Shown here piece by piece: positions 1-9,522 of a DNA stretch of 64,000 nucleotides. The notes beneath the pieces are model-generated. The model saw only the letters and a program-made list of their open reading frames with translations. It was not told the DNA's origin and did no database searches. This stretch comes from an uncultured Elusimicrobia bacterium (lineage in GTDB: Bacteria > Elusimicrobiota > Elusimicrobia > 2-01-FULL-59-12): the NCBI GenBank assembly GCA_963702895.1, contig OY969767.1, positions 416,001 through 480,000 on the forward strand, given 5' to 3'. Every line of letters starts with the position of its first letter. The stretch's first letter is position 1. Both the position numbers and the translations under genes were made by a program.

Positions 1-1
1 G

Positions 2-304
2 AGTGGTCAAGCGACGGTCTGTCATGCCAATCTCTGTCATTGGGAGTTCCACGGCATGGAAGCCTCACCGCAAGAGATGGCGGTGACGCTGCAGAAAGGA
101 ACCGCCGACCGGAGAACGATCTACCATTGCCCGTGGCGGGCCATGAAGAATCTCCACGTGCTGGATTTCTCGGATCTGCAGCACCCGCACAGCTACTACG
201 TGAAGCTCAAGCCGGCTTGCGACATCTGGCTCGGATGGAAGACGCTGGAGGATGCGCGCCGGTTCGCCGATGCGGCCTTTTGGCTTCACACCCAGGCCGA
301 GTAA
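2..304 (+). CDS. 3' end of hypothetical protein, truncated by window edge
   Basis: Frame open from position 2 to TAA at 302-304; no recognisable motif. Confidence 0.45.
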   Translation, partial: SGQATVCHANLCHWEFHGMEASPQEMAVTLQKGTADRRTIYHCPWRAMKNLHVLDFSDLQHPHSYYVKLKPACDIWLGWKTLEDARRFADAAFWLHTQAE

Positions 305-413
305 GGCTTGAGTCATCCGGCTCGAATGTAGCGCGCCTTGCGTTCCAGAGTAAAACGGTATCACCTATAGAATGAATTTTTGTTTTCGCAACGGTAGTGC
401 GTTTTTTTGACTA

Positions 414-568
414 TGAGCCGGGAAAGTTCGGTTGACTGTGGTTGATCGACTGAGACATCGGGACTTTTTAGTGCCGTCATCCCCCACGGTCGTAAGTGGG
501 GGATCTATCATATTTTTATGTCGATGATAGACCCCCGCTTACGATCCGCGGGGGTGACGTCAACAGAG
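414..568. repeat. Palindromic MITE/REP-like repeat copy 1, left part; terminal ATTCCCGGTTAG displaced to 1913-1924 by the IS1111-type insertion
   Basis: GTCATCCCCC...GGGGGTGAC palindrome; left arm homologous to arms of the 17156-17309 and 44929-45187 copies. Confidence 0.85.
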
Positions 569-651
569 CGTAATATGAAAGCGGGCCTCAAGAGAGTTAT
601 AAACAAGGCTGTCGGTAAAGACACCTTAATAACCCCAGGAGGCCCAAAATC

Positions 652-1695
652 ATGATATCCATCGGCATTGATCATCACAAGAAGTATTGTCAGGTTGTGG
701 CTATGAGGGAGTCTGGCGAGATTGTATGGGAAGGTCAAGTCCCCACACGGCGAGAAGGTCTTGCACAAGTTAAAGAGGCGATTCCTCCAGGAGAACCGGT
801 GCAAAGTGTATTGGAATCTGGACGGAGCTGGGGCATTGCCTATGACATTCTGGAAGATCTCGGGATGAATCCGGTGTTGGCCAATCCGTACAAAACTCGG
901 TTGATCGCGGATTCGTACATCAAGACGGACAAGATTGATGCGACGGCACAGGCGGTGTTGTTGCGATTAGGGATGACGCCGATGATTCACGTTCCCGCGC
1001 GTGACCGACGAGAGCAGAAGTCGTTATTGCGACATCGATTGTGGTTGGTCAAAAGCCAAACGCTGATCAAGAATCGGATTCATGATTTACTGGACCGGCT
1101 GCATGTGGACGTGCCCAAGCGCAGCGATCTGTTTGGGGCTCATGGGAGGGCGTGGCTGAAGGAGTTGATTCTTCCCGAGATGCATCAACACCTGCTCAAG
1201 TCGCATATGGCCTTGTTGGATGAGGTTCGGCTTCAGGTCCGAGCAACCGAAGAGTGGATTGATCGTGTCTTAAGCGAACACCCCTTACGAGAGCTTGTCG
1301 ATTCTTTTCCTGGGGTAGGCAAGATCTTGAGCGCCCTGATGTCGCTGGAAATTGACCAGATCGAGCGATTTCCGTCGGCTTCGCGCTTTGCGTCTTACTG
1401 TGGGTTGGTGTGTAGCACGTATAGCTCAGGCGGTAAAACGTACCACGGGGGATTGATCCCGTCCTGCAATCGATACCTGCGCTATGCGTTTATTGAGGCA
1501 TCGTGGACGGCTGTTCAGGTGTCTCCCTATTTTCGATCGTTCTATCAGCGTTTGAAGACACGGAAGACCGCCTCAGTCGCGATTGTGGCGGTGGCGCGAA
1601 AGATGGCAGAGATTATGTGGGTGTGCTTAAAGAACAAGCGGAAGTACCAAGAGAAAGTGTATCGATTTGGTCGAGTCGCCTTGTCGAAATCTTAA
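652..1695 (+). CDS. IS110-family (DEDD) transposase/recombinase
   Basis: IGIDHH, VLESG, KTDKIDA (DEDD); FPGVG; ASYCGLV..YSSGG serine motif; GGAGG RBS. Confidence 0.95.
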   Translation: MISIGIDHHKKYCQVVAMRESGEIVWEGQVPTRREGLAQVKEAIPPGEPVQSVLESGRSWGIAYDILEDLGMNPVLANPYKTRLIADSYIKTDKIDATAQAVLLRLGMTPMIHVPARDRREQKSLLRHRLWLVKSQTLIKNRIHDLLDRLHVDVPKRSDLFGAHGRAWLKELILPEMHQHLLKSHMALLDEVRLQVRATEEWIDRVLSEHPLRELVDSFPGVGKILSALMSLEIDQIERFPSASRFASYCGLVCSTYSSGGKTYHGGLIPSCNRYLRYAFIEASWTAVQVSPYFRSFYQRLKTRKTASVAIVAVARKMAEIMWVCLKNKRKYQEKVYRFGRVALSKS

Positions 1696-1890
1696 CGGGC
1701 GGTTGCGTTTAAACTGAGCGTAAGGGACTCGACCTCGAACTATTACAGTGTCCAGACGATGTGGACGAAGAAAAGTGTGAGTTCAGCTTAACGACAAACG
1801 TCGGGGCGAACACCGAGGACGCTTACCACACTTTAAAAGGCCTTCAAAGAAAGAAGGCAAAGAGGGAGCTTTGTTTCTGGCAGAAATTAC
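1696..1890 (+). ncRNA. Probable bridge/seek RNA region of the IS1111-type element
   Basis: Position typical for IS1111; stem AAAGTGTG/CACACTTT enclosing a smaller hairpin; guide segments not resolved. Confidence 0.5.
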
Positions 1891-2086
1891 TTGCGCCCGC
1901 TTTCAGAAAAAGATTCCCGGTTAGTGGCCCAGCTCGAAGGTCATGTTCCTGTCACCTAGCGACCTACCAAAGTGCCTGCACTTTGGAGCCTACGTCCGGG
2001 GATTGTCCCTTCCTTTGATTCAAAAGGTAGGGGACACAGACGGCCGTGGGGGATGACGGCTGGGCGAATTATCACACGATTCGTCC

Positions 2087-3277
2087 TCACCAGAGGCGGC
2101 CTTCGAACTGGACATTGCCGCCATCAAAGCTGCGGGTTGTGCCGAGCTCGTCTAAGTCCCAGGTGGCGCTTAAGACCAGCCGGATGTTCGGCGTGAAATC
2201 AAACCGCAGCGGCGTCCTCAGCTCGCCCTGGGCGGTGCAGTGCCCTCCCGGGTCCCAGGCCACCGCACTGTAGACGCCCAGCGGAATCGACAGGCGCTCT
2301 GTCATCACCCAATCGAATTCAACAAACGAAGGAAGTTGCCAACGATTTTTGCTGTCATGGGGTAGGACGGTGGACGTAAAGGTCGATCGCCGGCGCTCGA
2401 GTCCCAAGCTGGGGCGCAGGCGGTGCCGCTGGAGTGCGATCTCGCGTTCGGCGCGAACGCCGCCCGCCTCCTTCGAGAAATCCTGCCGCCTGATCCCCGT
2501 GCTCAGCTCATCGTCCGAGCGCCGGTGGTTTTCCCAAAAGCCGCGCGCGCTCCACGGGCCGCGCCGGAGGGCGGCCGTGGCGGTCCAGGCGCGGTGGTTG
2601 AATATCTGCCCGTCATCCGGTAATTCCCGCTCGACCGGCGTGTCGAGGTCCCACGCGGCTTCGACAGCCGTCTCGCCGAAGATCCAACCACCCTCCGCGC
2701 GGATTGAATAGAGATCCTGCCGGTCGTAGTCGTTGGCTTTGTTTTTCTCGTTAAAATTGAAATCAACAAACCGCACGGCCAAGAGACCCCGTGCCTTGTC
2801 CGATTCCCAATCCGCGCCGAAACCGATGTCCGCATCCTGTTTATCAGCCGTCGGCTGTCCGAAGAACCGGAAACCCGCTCCCCGGCCCCGCCCCACGCGC
2901 ATGGAAAAGATCTGATCAAAGGAAGACTGTTCCACATCTTCCCACTGAGCAAGACGGTAGCCCCACCACATGCCGGAGGAGACATGGAGGCGGAACTCCG
3001 CCTCGCGGCGGACGAAGAGGTCCTTCGTGTTCAAGCTGCCTTCGGTGGTGCGGATGGCCGCTTGGGGGACGGGCGACATCGGTTCAGGCTCCCAGAAAGG
3101 GCGGAAAGCGAGCAGGTGCAGACCATAGTCCAAGTCGACGCGCGACTCGCTGTTCAAGTCCGCGCGGTCATACTGGTCACTTCCTGTAAAGAGCGCATGC
3201 GCCGGTGCCGCGCTCAGGCTGACGACGACGACGAGTGCGCCTAGGAAGGGATCAAAGGAGCGCCGGATCATGTCCAA
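2087..3277 (-). CDS. Secreted hypothetical protein, probable outer-membrane beta-barrel
   Basis: Signal peptide ending AHA, amphipathic strand-like segments, C-terminal Trp. Confidence 0.65.
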   Translation of the reverse strand: MDMIRRSFDPFLGALVVVVSLSAAPAHALFTGSDQYDRADLNSESRVDLDYGLHLLAFRPFWEPEPMSPVPQAAIRTTEGSLNTKDLFVRREAEFRLHVSSGMWWGYRLAQWEDVEQSSFDQIFSMRVGRGRGAGFRFFGQPTADKQDADIGFGADWESDKARGLLAVRFVDFNFNEKNKANDYDRQDLYSIRAEGGWIFGETAVEAAWDLDTPVERELPDDGQIFNHRAWTATAALRRGPWSARGFWENHRRSDDELSTGIRRQDFSKEAGGVRAEREIALQRHRLRPSLGLERRRSTFTSTVLPHDSKNRWQLPSFVEFDWVMTERLSIPLGVYSAVAWDPGGHCTAQGELRTPLRFDFTPNIRLVLSATWDLDELGTTRSFDGGNVQFEGRLW

Positions 3278-3314
3278 GGTAATAATAGTACTTACGGTGA
3301 GACCTTCAGAAGCA

Positions 3315-3484
3315 CAAGCCGAGAATCTTCTGTTGGGCCGGAGCTATCGCCTAAGGTCAATGGACTGATTTGTGCCGTCATCCCCCCCGGCCGTAAGGGG
3401 GGGATCCATCATTCCGTTTACGACGGTGATGGACCCCGGCTGACGACCGCCGGGGTGACGACCTAACTGAACTTTTCCGGTTAG
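3315..3484. repeat. Palindromic repeat copy 2
   Basis: Ends CAAGCCGAGAATCTTC and TTTTCCGGTTAG; internal GTCATCCCC...GGGGTGAC. Confidence 0.8.
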
Positions 3485-3560
3485 TTGGGCGGGCGGCACA
3501 TTTTGCACAGGTTCTTGTCACTCTCTCCGGTCGAATCACTCAAATGCGATAATCCCGGCG

Positions 3561-4793
3561 ATGACCCGTTCAACCAAGCCGTCCAAGAAACACGTGGTGG
3601 TGGTGGGCGGCGGCGCCGCGGGCTTTTTCGCCGCGATCCGTGCGGCTGAGGCGCATCCCGATTGGAACGTCAGCCTGTTAGAACGCACGTCACGGGTGTT
3701 GGCCAAGGTGCTTGTTTCAGGCGGCGGTCGCTGCAACGTGACCCACGCCTGTTTTGATCCCGCGGAGCTCGTCACCCATTACCCTCGCGGCTCGGCCGCC
3801 TTAAGAGGACCGTTCAGCCGTTTCCAGCCGCGCGACACGGTCGAATGGTTTGAGTCGCGCGGCGTCCCTTTAAAAACCGAGCCGGACAACCGGATCTTTC
3901 CCCAGAGCGACCGCTCGCAATCGATCGCGGAATGCCTCGAGAAGGAAGCGGCCCGCTTGGGCGTGGCTGTGCGTACGAATGTGCTCATTCAGACGATCCG
4001 GAAAGAAAAGGACGTCTTCCTGCTCGAATTGGACGCAGCGGCGCCGCTCGTCTGCGATCGCCTGGTGCTCGCGACCGGCTCAAACCCCCTTGGCTGGGTG
4101 TGGGCGAAGGGTCTCGGTCACACGATCGTTCCTCCAGTGCCCTCGCTTTTCACCTTTATGATTCGAGATCCTCGCCTGCAAGATCTGGAAGGACTCTCTG
4201 TTTCGCGCGCGACGGTCGCCCTTGAAGGGACCTCTTTCAAGCAAACCGGTGACGTGCTCATCACCCATTGGGGACTCTCCGGCCCGGCCATCCTTAAACT
4301 CTCGGCGTGGGGCGCGCGCTCTCTCCATGAGAGGGCCTATCACGCGGCAGTCCGCATCAACTGGATGAGCGAGCGAGAAGAGCCGGTGCTTGAGCGTCTG
4401 ATCGCTCGGCGTGAGGGGAAATCCCGGAACTTGCTGGCGGTGGACAATTTCAAAGAGATCCCGCGGCGTCTGTGGTCGCGCCTCGCCGACGCCGCGGGGG
4501 TTCCTTACGCCTCACGCTGGGCACAGGTCGGCAATGACCACCTCAGAGCTCTGGCGCGGCAACTCACGCAGTCGACCTTCGAGATCACGGGACGCGGGGT
4601 ATATAAGGAAGAGTTTGTGACCGCGGGCGGCGTGGATCTGGATGAGGTTGATTTTCGCACCCTCGAGAGTAAGTGCTGCCCGGGGCTTTTCTTCGCTGGC
4701 GAGATCTTAGACATCGACGCGGAAACGGGCGGCTTTAACTTCCAAAACGCCTGGACCACCGGCTGGATCGCCGGACAATCACTCGGATCTTGA
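3561..4793 (+). CDS. HI0933/YhiN/BaiN-family flavoprotein
   Basis: GGGAAG, KVLVSGGGRCNVT, VTAGGV, GEILDID..TGGFNFQNAWTTG. Confidence 0.93.
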   Translation: MTRSTKPSKKHVVVVGGGAAGFFAAIRAAEAHPDWNVSLLERTSRVLAKVLVSGGGRCNVTHACFDPAELVTHYPRGSAALRGPFSRFQPRDTVEWFESRGVPLKTEPDNRIFPQSDRSQSIAECLEKEAARLGVAVRTNVLIQTIRKEKDVFLLELDAAAPLVCDRLVLATGSNPLGWVWAKGLGHTIVPPVPSLFTFMIRDPRLQDLEGLSVSRATVALEGTSFKQTGDVLITHWGLSGPAILKLSAWGARSLHERAYHAAVRINWMSEREEPVLERLIARREGKSRNLLAVDNFKEIPRRLWSRLADAAGVPYASRWAQVGNDHLRALARQLTQSTFEITGRGVYKEEFVTAGGVDLDEVDFRTLESKCCPGLFFAGEILDIDAETGGFNFQNAWTTGWIAGQSLGS

Positions 4794-4812
4794 TGCTCGC
4801 TCCCCTGGTTGC

Positions 4813-4980
4813 TCAGCAGTAGGGAGGCTTGGGTAGGGGGCTGGCGGGTGACCGAGGCGGTTCGAGGAGCCTGGGCGGAAAGAGGAAGACTTTTGGCGCT
4901 TCCTTCACGCGGATTGTCTTGATTTCTAGAGGCTTTGTGCTGTTTTTCTTGGGCAGTCTCTTTCTTCTATTTCTGCTCAT
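4813..4980 (-). CDS. Possible 55-aa basic, Pro-rich small protein downstream of brnA
   Basis: ATG at 4980, 14 nt after antitoxin stop; MSRNRRKRLPKK...; no motif. Confidence 0.25.
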   Translation of the reverse strand: MSRNRRKRLPKKNSTKPLEIKTIRVKEAPKVFLFPPRLLEPPRSPASPLPKPPYC

Positions 4981-4994
4981 CTAAATTGCTTCCC

Positions 4995-5249
4995 TCAGGT
5001 TGGATGGGGACGGCTTTGCTGGGACATCAGGCGGTCGTGGATCCACATCTTGATAATGGCTTGGCGAGAGACATTCAGCTTGGTCGCCTCACGGTCCAGG
5101 CGCTTGATCATCCAGGCGGGAAAATCGACGTTGACGCGATCGACCACCACCGCGCTCTTGAAGTCGAGGTAGGGGGAGATGTCTTTGCCTTCGTCGAACA
5201 GGCGATCAAATGCTTCCGCGCTAATGGGCTTTACTTTTTTTCTCTTCAT
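4995..5249 (-). CDS. brnA: BrnA-type (CopG/RHH) antitoxin
   Basis: AEAFDRLFDEGKDISPYLD...RVNVDFPAWMIKRLDREA..VSRQAIIKMWI; overlaps toxin gene. Confidence 0.88.
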   Translation of the reverse strand: MKRKKVKPISAEAFDRLFDEGKDISPYLDFKSAVVVDRVNVDFPAWMIKRLDREATKLNVSRQAIIKMWIHDRLMSQQSRPHPT

Positions 5250-5520
5250 TCAGGATCCTTTCATAACGTTCTTGCAGAGTCCGATCGGCCCTGTGGCAAC
5301 TGATCACGCGAATCGTCGATGAGCGCATAACAAAGATGGCGATGTAGACCTCGCCATCGAGCGTTCCCAGGATCGCCTGGCGCTCTTCTGAGCCGACCGT
5401 CTTGGCCTTAACAAGAAGATGCCTGGTGCGCCACAGCTCCTGCGCTTTTTCAAAATCCAGGCCATGCTTGTCCAGGTTTTGCTGGCTCTTTTCTGGGTCG
5501 TATTCGAAGCGAAGACGCAT
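5221..5520 (-). CDS. brnT: BrnT-family ribonuclease toxin
   Basis: FEYDPEKSQQNLDKHGLDFE...EER...IRVISC. Confidence 0.9.
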   Translation of the reverse strand: MRLRFEYDPEKSQQNLDKHGLDFEKAQELWRTRHLLVKAKTVGSEERQAILGTLDGEVYIAIFVMRSSTIRVISCHRADRTLQERYERILNEEKKSKAH

Positions 5521-5524
5521 AAGG

Positions 5525-5553
5525 AGTATAACCGTTATACCTCATTAGTTCAA
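5525..5553 (-). promoter_or_regulatory. Sigma70 promoter and palindromic operator of brnTA (likely leaderless mRNA)
   Basis: TTGAAC-17-TATACT ending 4 nt before ATG; perfect IR GTATAAC-N-GTTATAC at 5526-5540 over the -10. Confidence 0.75.
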
Positions 5554-5737
5554 GCGGCCCATGGGCTCTGCAGGGGCCCCTATCTCTTAGATGCACAAAA
5601 CCGGGGAATATTCATTTTTGTGACGGAAGAAGGACGTGGGAGGAGACAGGGGGAAAGGGGATCGGAAGGAGGGGAAAGTCCTACGTCCTAGGGACAGACC
5701 CAGGGACTATCCCTAAGTGAGGGACACCCTTTGTGTC

Positions 5738-6169
5738 CTACACCTCAAAGCCGAGGCGGTCCAGGCCGTGCTCTTCGAATTCCTTCGTGTAGGCTTTGGC
5801 GAGAGCGCTGGCCGCGCGCTTGCGCGCTTCGGGACGCATGCCGCCCAACGCGCGCGCGCCGTGGCGCTCGAGCAAATCGCGCTCCGTCAGGCGCGCGGTG
5901 AGTTCTTCCCAGAACGTTTTATCGTCGTATTGGTCGATGAGCGCGTGCGCTTCCGCCTGAAAGGTTTCGGAAGGGGCCCACCCGAGTTCCGCTTTGTCCA
6001 AGGTGACGAGGGTTTCCAGCGCGGTTCCTTGGGCAAAGGCATAGACCTTCTCGGCCAGGTCTTCGAAGGCGGGGTCCGGATCCTTGCGGATGGCGTTCGC
6101 CATCCACTCGCCGAGAAAGGCGAACATCATGAGTCGGCGATACTCTTCTTCGGTAAAGGTGATATTCAT
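5738..6169 (-). CDS. Hypothetical acidic protein
   Basis: Clean ORF, GAGGAG RBS, co-oriented with the upstream small gene. Confidence 0.75.
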   Translation of the reverse strand: MNITFTEEEYRRLMMFAFLGEWMANAIRKDPDPAFEDLAEKVYAFAQGTALETLVTLDKAELGWAPSETFQAEAHALIDQYDDKTFWEELTARLTERDLLERHGARALGGMRPEARKRAASALAKAYTKEFEEHGLDRLGFEV

Positions 6170-6196
6170 GGGAGAACTCCTCGTTCGGCCAGAGAC

Positions 6197-6358
6197 TTAG
6201 CCGTCGTGCTTGGCAACGAACTTCTTGATGTCCTCGATGTGGGCCAGGATCAGTTTCGCCTTCTTGACGCCAAACTGGAAGGGGAACTTGTCTTCAGGTG
6301 TGGATTTGATCACGATCATGGGGTTGCCTTTGTACTCGGACTCGGACACTTCGGACAT
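6197..6358 (-). CDS. 53-aa small protein (MSEVSESEYKGNPMIVIK...KKFVAKHDG)
   Basis: AAGGAGG RBS before ATG 6358; protein-like composition; function unknown. Confidence 0.75.
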   Translation of the reverse strand: MSEVSESEYKGNPMIVIKSTPEDKFPFQFGVKKAKLILAHIEDIKKFVAKHDG

Positions 6359-6437
6359 GGAAGGCCTCCTTGGAGAAAATGGTGGTCGCGCCGGCATTGT
6401 AACAACATGCAGGTCCTGGAATCTGTATAGTGTGACC

Positions 6438-7145
6438 ATGAACGCTTCGGTCCGAACTTGTCGTGTGGTGCTGGTCCGGCCGCGCAACCCCGGCAATATG
6501 GGGGCCTGCGCCCGCGCGATGGGGAACTTTGGCTTGAAGGACCTGGTCGTGGTGGATCCGTTCCTGCCGATCTGGCAGGAAACGCGCTCCGCTCCGGACG
6601 CCGAGACACTCGTCCAGAAGGCCCGCAAAACCGCGACTCTCGCTCAGGCGCTCAAGGGCTGTTCCCGCGTTCTGGGGACGAGTTCCTTGGCCCACCGGCG
6701 ACTCGAACATGCCGTGGTGAGCCTGCCTCAGCTCGCCGAATACCTCTCGACCGTGAAGCCTGCCGAACGTGTGGCGCTCGTCTTTGGATCGGAACGGAGC
6801 GGCCTGAGCAACGAGGAGTTGAGCGCATGCGAAGCGGTGATTCAGATTCCCATGGCGCTCCCGGGGGTTTCGATGAACCTCGCGCAGGCGGTGGCCGTCA
6901 TTCTCTACGAGTGGAACCGTTCGGCCACCGGGACGATGACTCAGGAGGACGCTTGCGCGAGTGAAAAGAACGCTGTGGTTGCGGAATGGATCCGTCTCGC
7001 CGGAGCCGTGGGTTATCCTCCCGGCTACACCGCCGCGGCGCGCGCCGGCCGCATCCGCAAAGCCATGCACGGCGTCCGGATGCGGCCGGACACCGCCCTC
7101 TTCTTAAAAAGCTTTTCCCGCTGGCTCCTTAAGAAATCCAACTAA
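6438..7145 (+). CDS. trmJ: TrmJ/LasT-family SPOUT RNA methyltransferase
   Basis: VVLVRPRNPGNMGACARAMGNFG; LVFGSERSGLSNEEL; SMNLAQAV. Confidence 0.88.
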   Translation: MNASVRTCRVVLVRPRNPGNMGACARAMGNFGLKDLVVVDPFLPIWQETRSAPDAETLVQKARKTATLAQALKGCSRVLGTSSLAHRRLEHAVVSLPQLAEYLSTVKPAERVALVFGSERSGLSNEELSACEAVIQIPMALPGVSMNLAQAVAVILYEWNRSATGTMTQEDACASEKNAVVAEWIRLAGAVGYPPGYTAAARAGRIRKAMHGVRMRPDTALFLKSFSRWLLKKSN

Positions 7146-7344
7146 CCATGTGGGTGCCCCTCAGTTGGATCTAAAAGTTGGAGTCAGGTAATATCTCCGC
7201 GTCGCATACACTTGATGCTATTACCAACAAATTTAACCCTTCGTCGCTTGAGTAGGGGAGTCTTGATTGCGCTCGCGGCCCTGGTCGCTGCCAAGCCGGT
7301 GCGCGCGCAGGATGCCTATATCGCTCCGGAGAAGGGAGCATTCA

Positions 7345-8472
7345 TCAAGGACGGATCCAGGCGCTGCCGAATTGGACATACACCGCTGGACCGTCCGGGC
7401 CAAGGGCGGCATCAACGCCCATGTGCAAGCCGTACTTCCGCGCGAGCTCATAGCGGAACCCTCCTCCGGCGGCGACCGCCGTGACTTTGTTGTCCAAGCG
7501 CTCAAAGTTGTTCCATGCCGCCCCAGCGCCGCCAAAGGCCACCAAGCTCCAGCGCTTCCAGAACTGCCAGCGAAGCTCAAACTCCCCTTGCGCCGCCTCT
7601 TCGCCCTGATAACGCATGACCGGCACGCCCCGCAGGGTGATGAACGGCAACAGGTAGAACGGAGTGTCCCCGAAGCCGAAAGAGCCGCCGGCATTGATGC
7701 CAAGCGTCCAATCCTGGCTCAACGGGACGTATTGGATAAGGAGGGGTCCAGCGCGCTGGAACTGATCGTCGCTCCCGAGGGCTGGGCTCATGATCGCACC
7801 CGAAAAGTCGGCGAAAGTGCCGCTTCGGGGCGTAAAAAGATTGTCACGTGAGTCGTAGGTGGCCGACATTGTCATCGCGCCGACGTTCGACACTTCATTC
7901 CGCATGGGCCGACGGACATCGGAGTCCGTGGTGTCGATGGTGACTGCTGTTGAGGCATAGGCGTAACCCAGCCCGAGCAAGAATCCGGATTGTCCCAGCC
8001 GGTACTTGGTGTGCAGGACGGCTCCCGTCGGTTCGAGGTTGTAGCGGATCGGACGGTCCCTCAAGCGGCTGTCCTGGCCGACGCCATAGAAATCGAGATT
8101 GACCGAGGCGTAGAGCGCACCCGCAAGCGTCTGGAGCCGATCCTTCATCCAATACCGGGAATCCATCGCGAAGCCGCCCCACGTGCCGTTCTCGGTCCCG
8201 AGACCTCCCACCGCCGTGAGGTTCGGGCGGCCGAATCCGGGGTTGGGATTGTCTTTCTTTTTGTCGACGAAGATCAGGCCACCGGCTGCGCCATAGCCAA
8301 CCGCCGGCTCCGTGATCGGAGCCGCGATCGGTACAAAGCCGTAGGCCTCATCGAGAAAATCGCTCACATCCAGCCAGCCGTCTTCGCCCCGCATTTTCGT
8401 GTCATTCGCCGAGCCGAAAGCAGCGGCTGCCGTGGAGAGACTCAATAGAACGATGAGTAAGGAGCGTTTCAT
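7345..8472 (-). CDS. BamA/TamA (Omp85)-like outer-membrane barrel protein
   Basis: Signal peptide MKRSLLIV; YDSRDNLFTPRSG, LRG, GGGFRY, YVQFGSAW; ORF-track extension upstream lies in repeat. Confidence 0.8.
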   Translation of the reverse strand: MKRSLLIVLLSLSTAAAAFGSANDTKMRGEDGWLDVSDFLDEAYGFVPIAAPITEPAVGYGAAGGLIFVDKKKDNPNPGFGRPNLTAVGGLGTENGTWGGFAMDSRYWMKDRLQTLAGALYASVNLDFYGVGQDSRLRDRPIRYNLEPTGAVLHTKYRLGQSGFLLGLGYAYASTAVTIDTTDSDVRRPMRNEVSNVGAMTMSATYDSRDNLFTPRSGTFADFSGAIMSPALGSDDQFQRAGPLLIQYVPLSQDWTLGINAGGSFGFGDTPFYLLPFITLRGVPVMRYQGEEAAQGEFELRWQFWKRWSLVAFGGAGAAWNNFERLDNKVTAVAAGGGFRYELARKYGLHMGVDAALGPDGPAVYVQFGSAWIRP

Positions 8473-8500
8473 TTTCCGGCTGACAAACTCCGTTATAGCA

Positions 8501-8702
8501 CTAACCGGAAATCTTCGGTTCATTTTTCCTCATTGTCTGAACTCGATGCACTTTTTTGTGCCGTCACCCCGGCGAAAGCCGGCCCTCCAGACGCCCGGCG
8601 GGCCGGGTCGCCGGACTTGTGGAGACCCGGGGTCCAGTTCAACGACGATGGACTGGATCCCGGTTTTCACCGGGATGACGACAACTGCAGATTCCCGGCT
8701 AA
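8501..8702. repeat. Palindromic repeat copy 3 (complete, 202 bp, two 24-bp modules)
   Basis: TIR-like CTAACCGGAAATCT / AGATTCCCGGCTAA; near-identical inverted copy at 24094-24295. Confidence 0.92.
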
Positions 8703-8800
8703 ACCCTATTCTGGGCGCCTCTTCAGCGCTCCACTGAGAAAGAGGAGCGGAAATTCTGATATGCTAACACCGCTTCATTCAACACACCGCGGGGTTCTTA

Positions 8801-9418
8801 ATGCAGGATCCTTTCAAGAAGATTCAGCAACAACTCGGGCCACCAAAGTGGTTCTTTTCCAATGAATTACATGAGAAGGAGTGGCCCGCGTTTTTGGCCC
8901 GCCCGGGATTGCGGCGTTCCATCTTTGGGGCGACTACTCTTCTCACGATACTTCTCGATTATGGGACAGGTCCTACCATCCGATTCCCCGCCGCCTACGC
9001 TCTTCCAATTCTGATAGCGGCGTGGTATGAAGGCTTCTGGCCGGGGGTCCTGACCGGGGGAAGCATGATCGCGGCACGTCTTGGAATGGAGCGCTATCTC
9101 TGGACGGTCGTCCCTTGGGGACTGGCGGATTCGCTGGTCAACGCGCTCTCCGCGTATGCCCTGATCATCTTGCTGGTCTGGTTTACCGCGCTTGCTGGGC
9201 GGCTTAGTCGAGAGGTCCAGCTGCTTGGAGGGTTACTGCCGGTTTGCGTCACCTGCCACCGGTTTCATGATGACCATGGTGAGTGGCGGGAATTTGAAGA
9301 GTACATTATGGAGCGCTCTCAAGCCATGGTCAGGCACACCCTTTGTCCGAAATGCGAAAAGAGCACGCGCAGCAAGGAACATGTCAGGGAAAGTGTCAGT
9401 CCTCCATCACGAAGCTAG
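8801..9418 (+). CDS. Membrane protein with C-terminal Cys4 zinc-ribbon-like domain
   Basis: About 4 TM segments; LLPVCVTCHRFHDDHGEW...HTLCPKC. Confidence 0.8.
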   Translation: MQDPFKKIQQQLGPPKWFFSNELHEKEWPAFLARPGLRRSIFGATTLLTILLDYGTGPTIRFPAAYALPILIAAWYEGFWPGVLTGGSMIAARLGMERYLWTVVPWGLADSLVNALSAYALIILLVWFTALAGRLSREVQLLGGLLPVCVTCHRFHDDHGEWREFEEYIMERSQAMVRHTLCPKCEKSTRSKEHVRESVSPPSRS

Positions 9419-9522
9419 CCATGCCAGAGCAAAACGGTCTCCATGATCGAAGTGTTCTTGCTGCGGCACCAAACCCCCAATAGATTTCTTCCTTGTGTCT
9501 GGAGACTGTGTGATTTGGATGT

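Larger units (their letters stand above)
569..1912 (+). mobile_element. IS110-family element, IS1111 subgroup
   Basis: Sub-terminal IRs TGAAAGCGGGC (576-586) and GCCCGCTTTCA (1895-1905); AG core at 567-568 and 1911-1912; long 3' non-coding region; joined ends give TTGCGC-18nt-TAATAT promoter. Confidence 0.85.

Noticed and set aside
7212..7348. Signal-peptide-like ORF start on plus strand
   Set aside because: Runs antisense into the Omp85-like gene after about 45 codons; at most a remnant
8399..8865. Recurrent ORFs containing RRKPALQTPGGPGRR...MDWIPVFTGMT (also near 17037, 24065, 30468)
   Set aside because: They are translations of the palindromic repeat, not a protein family
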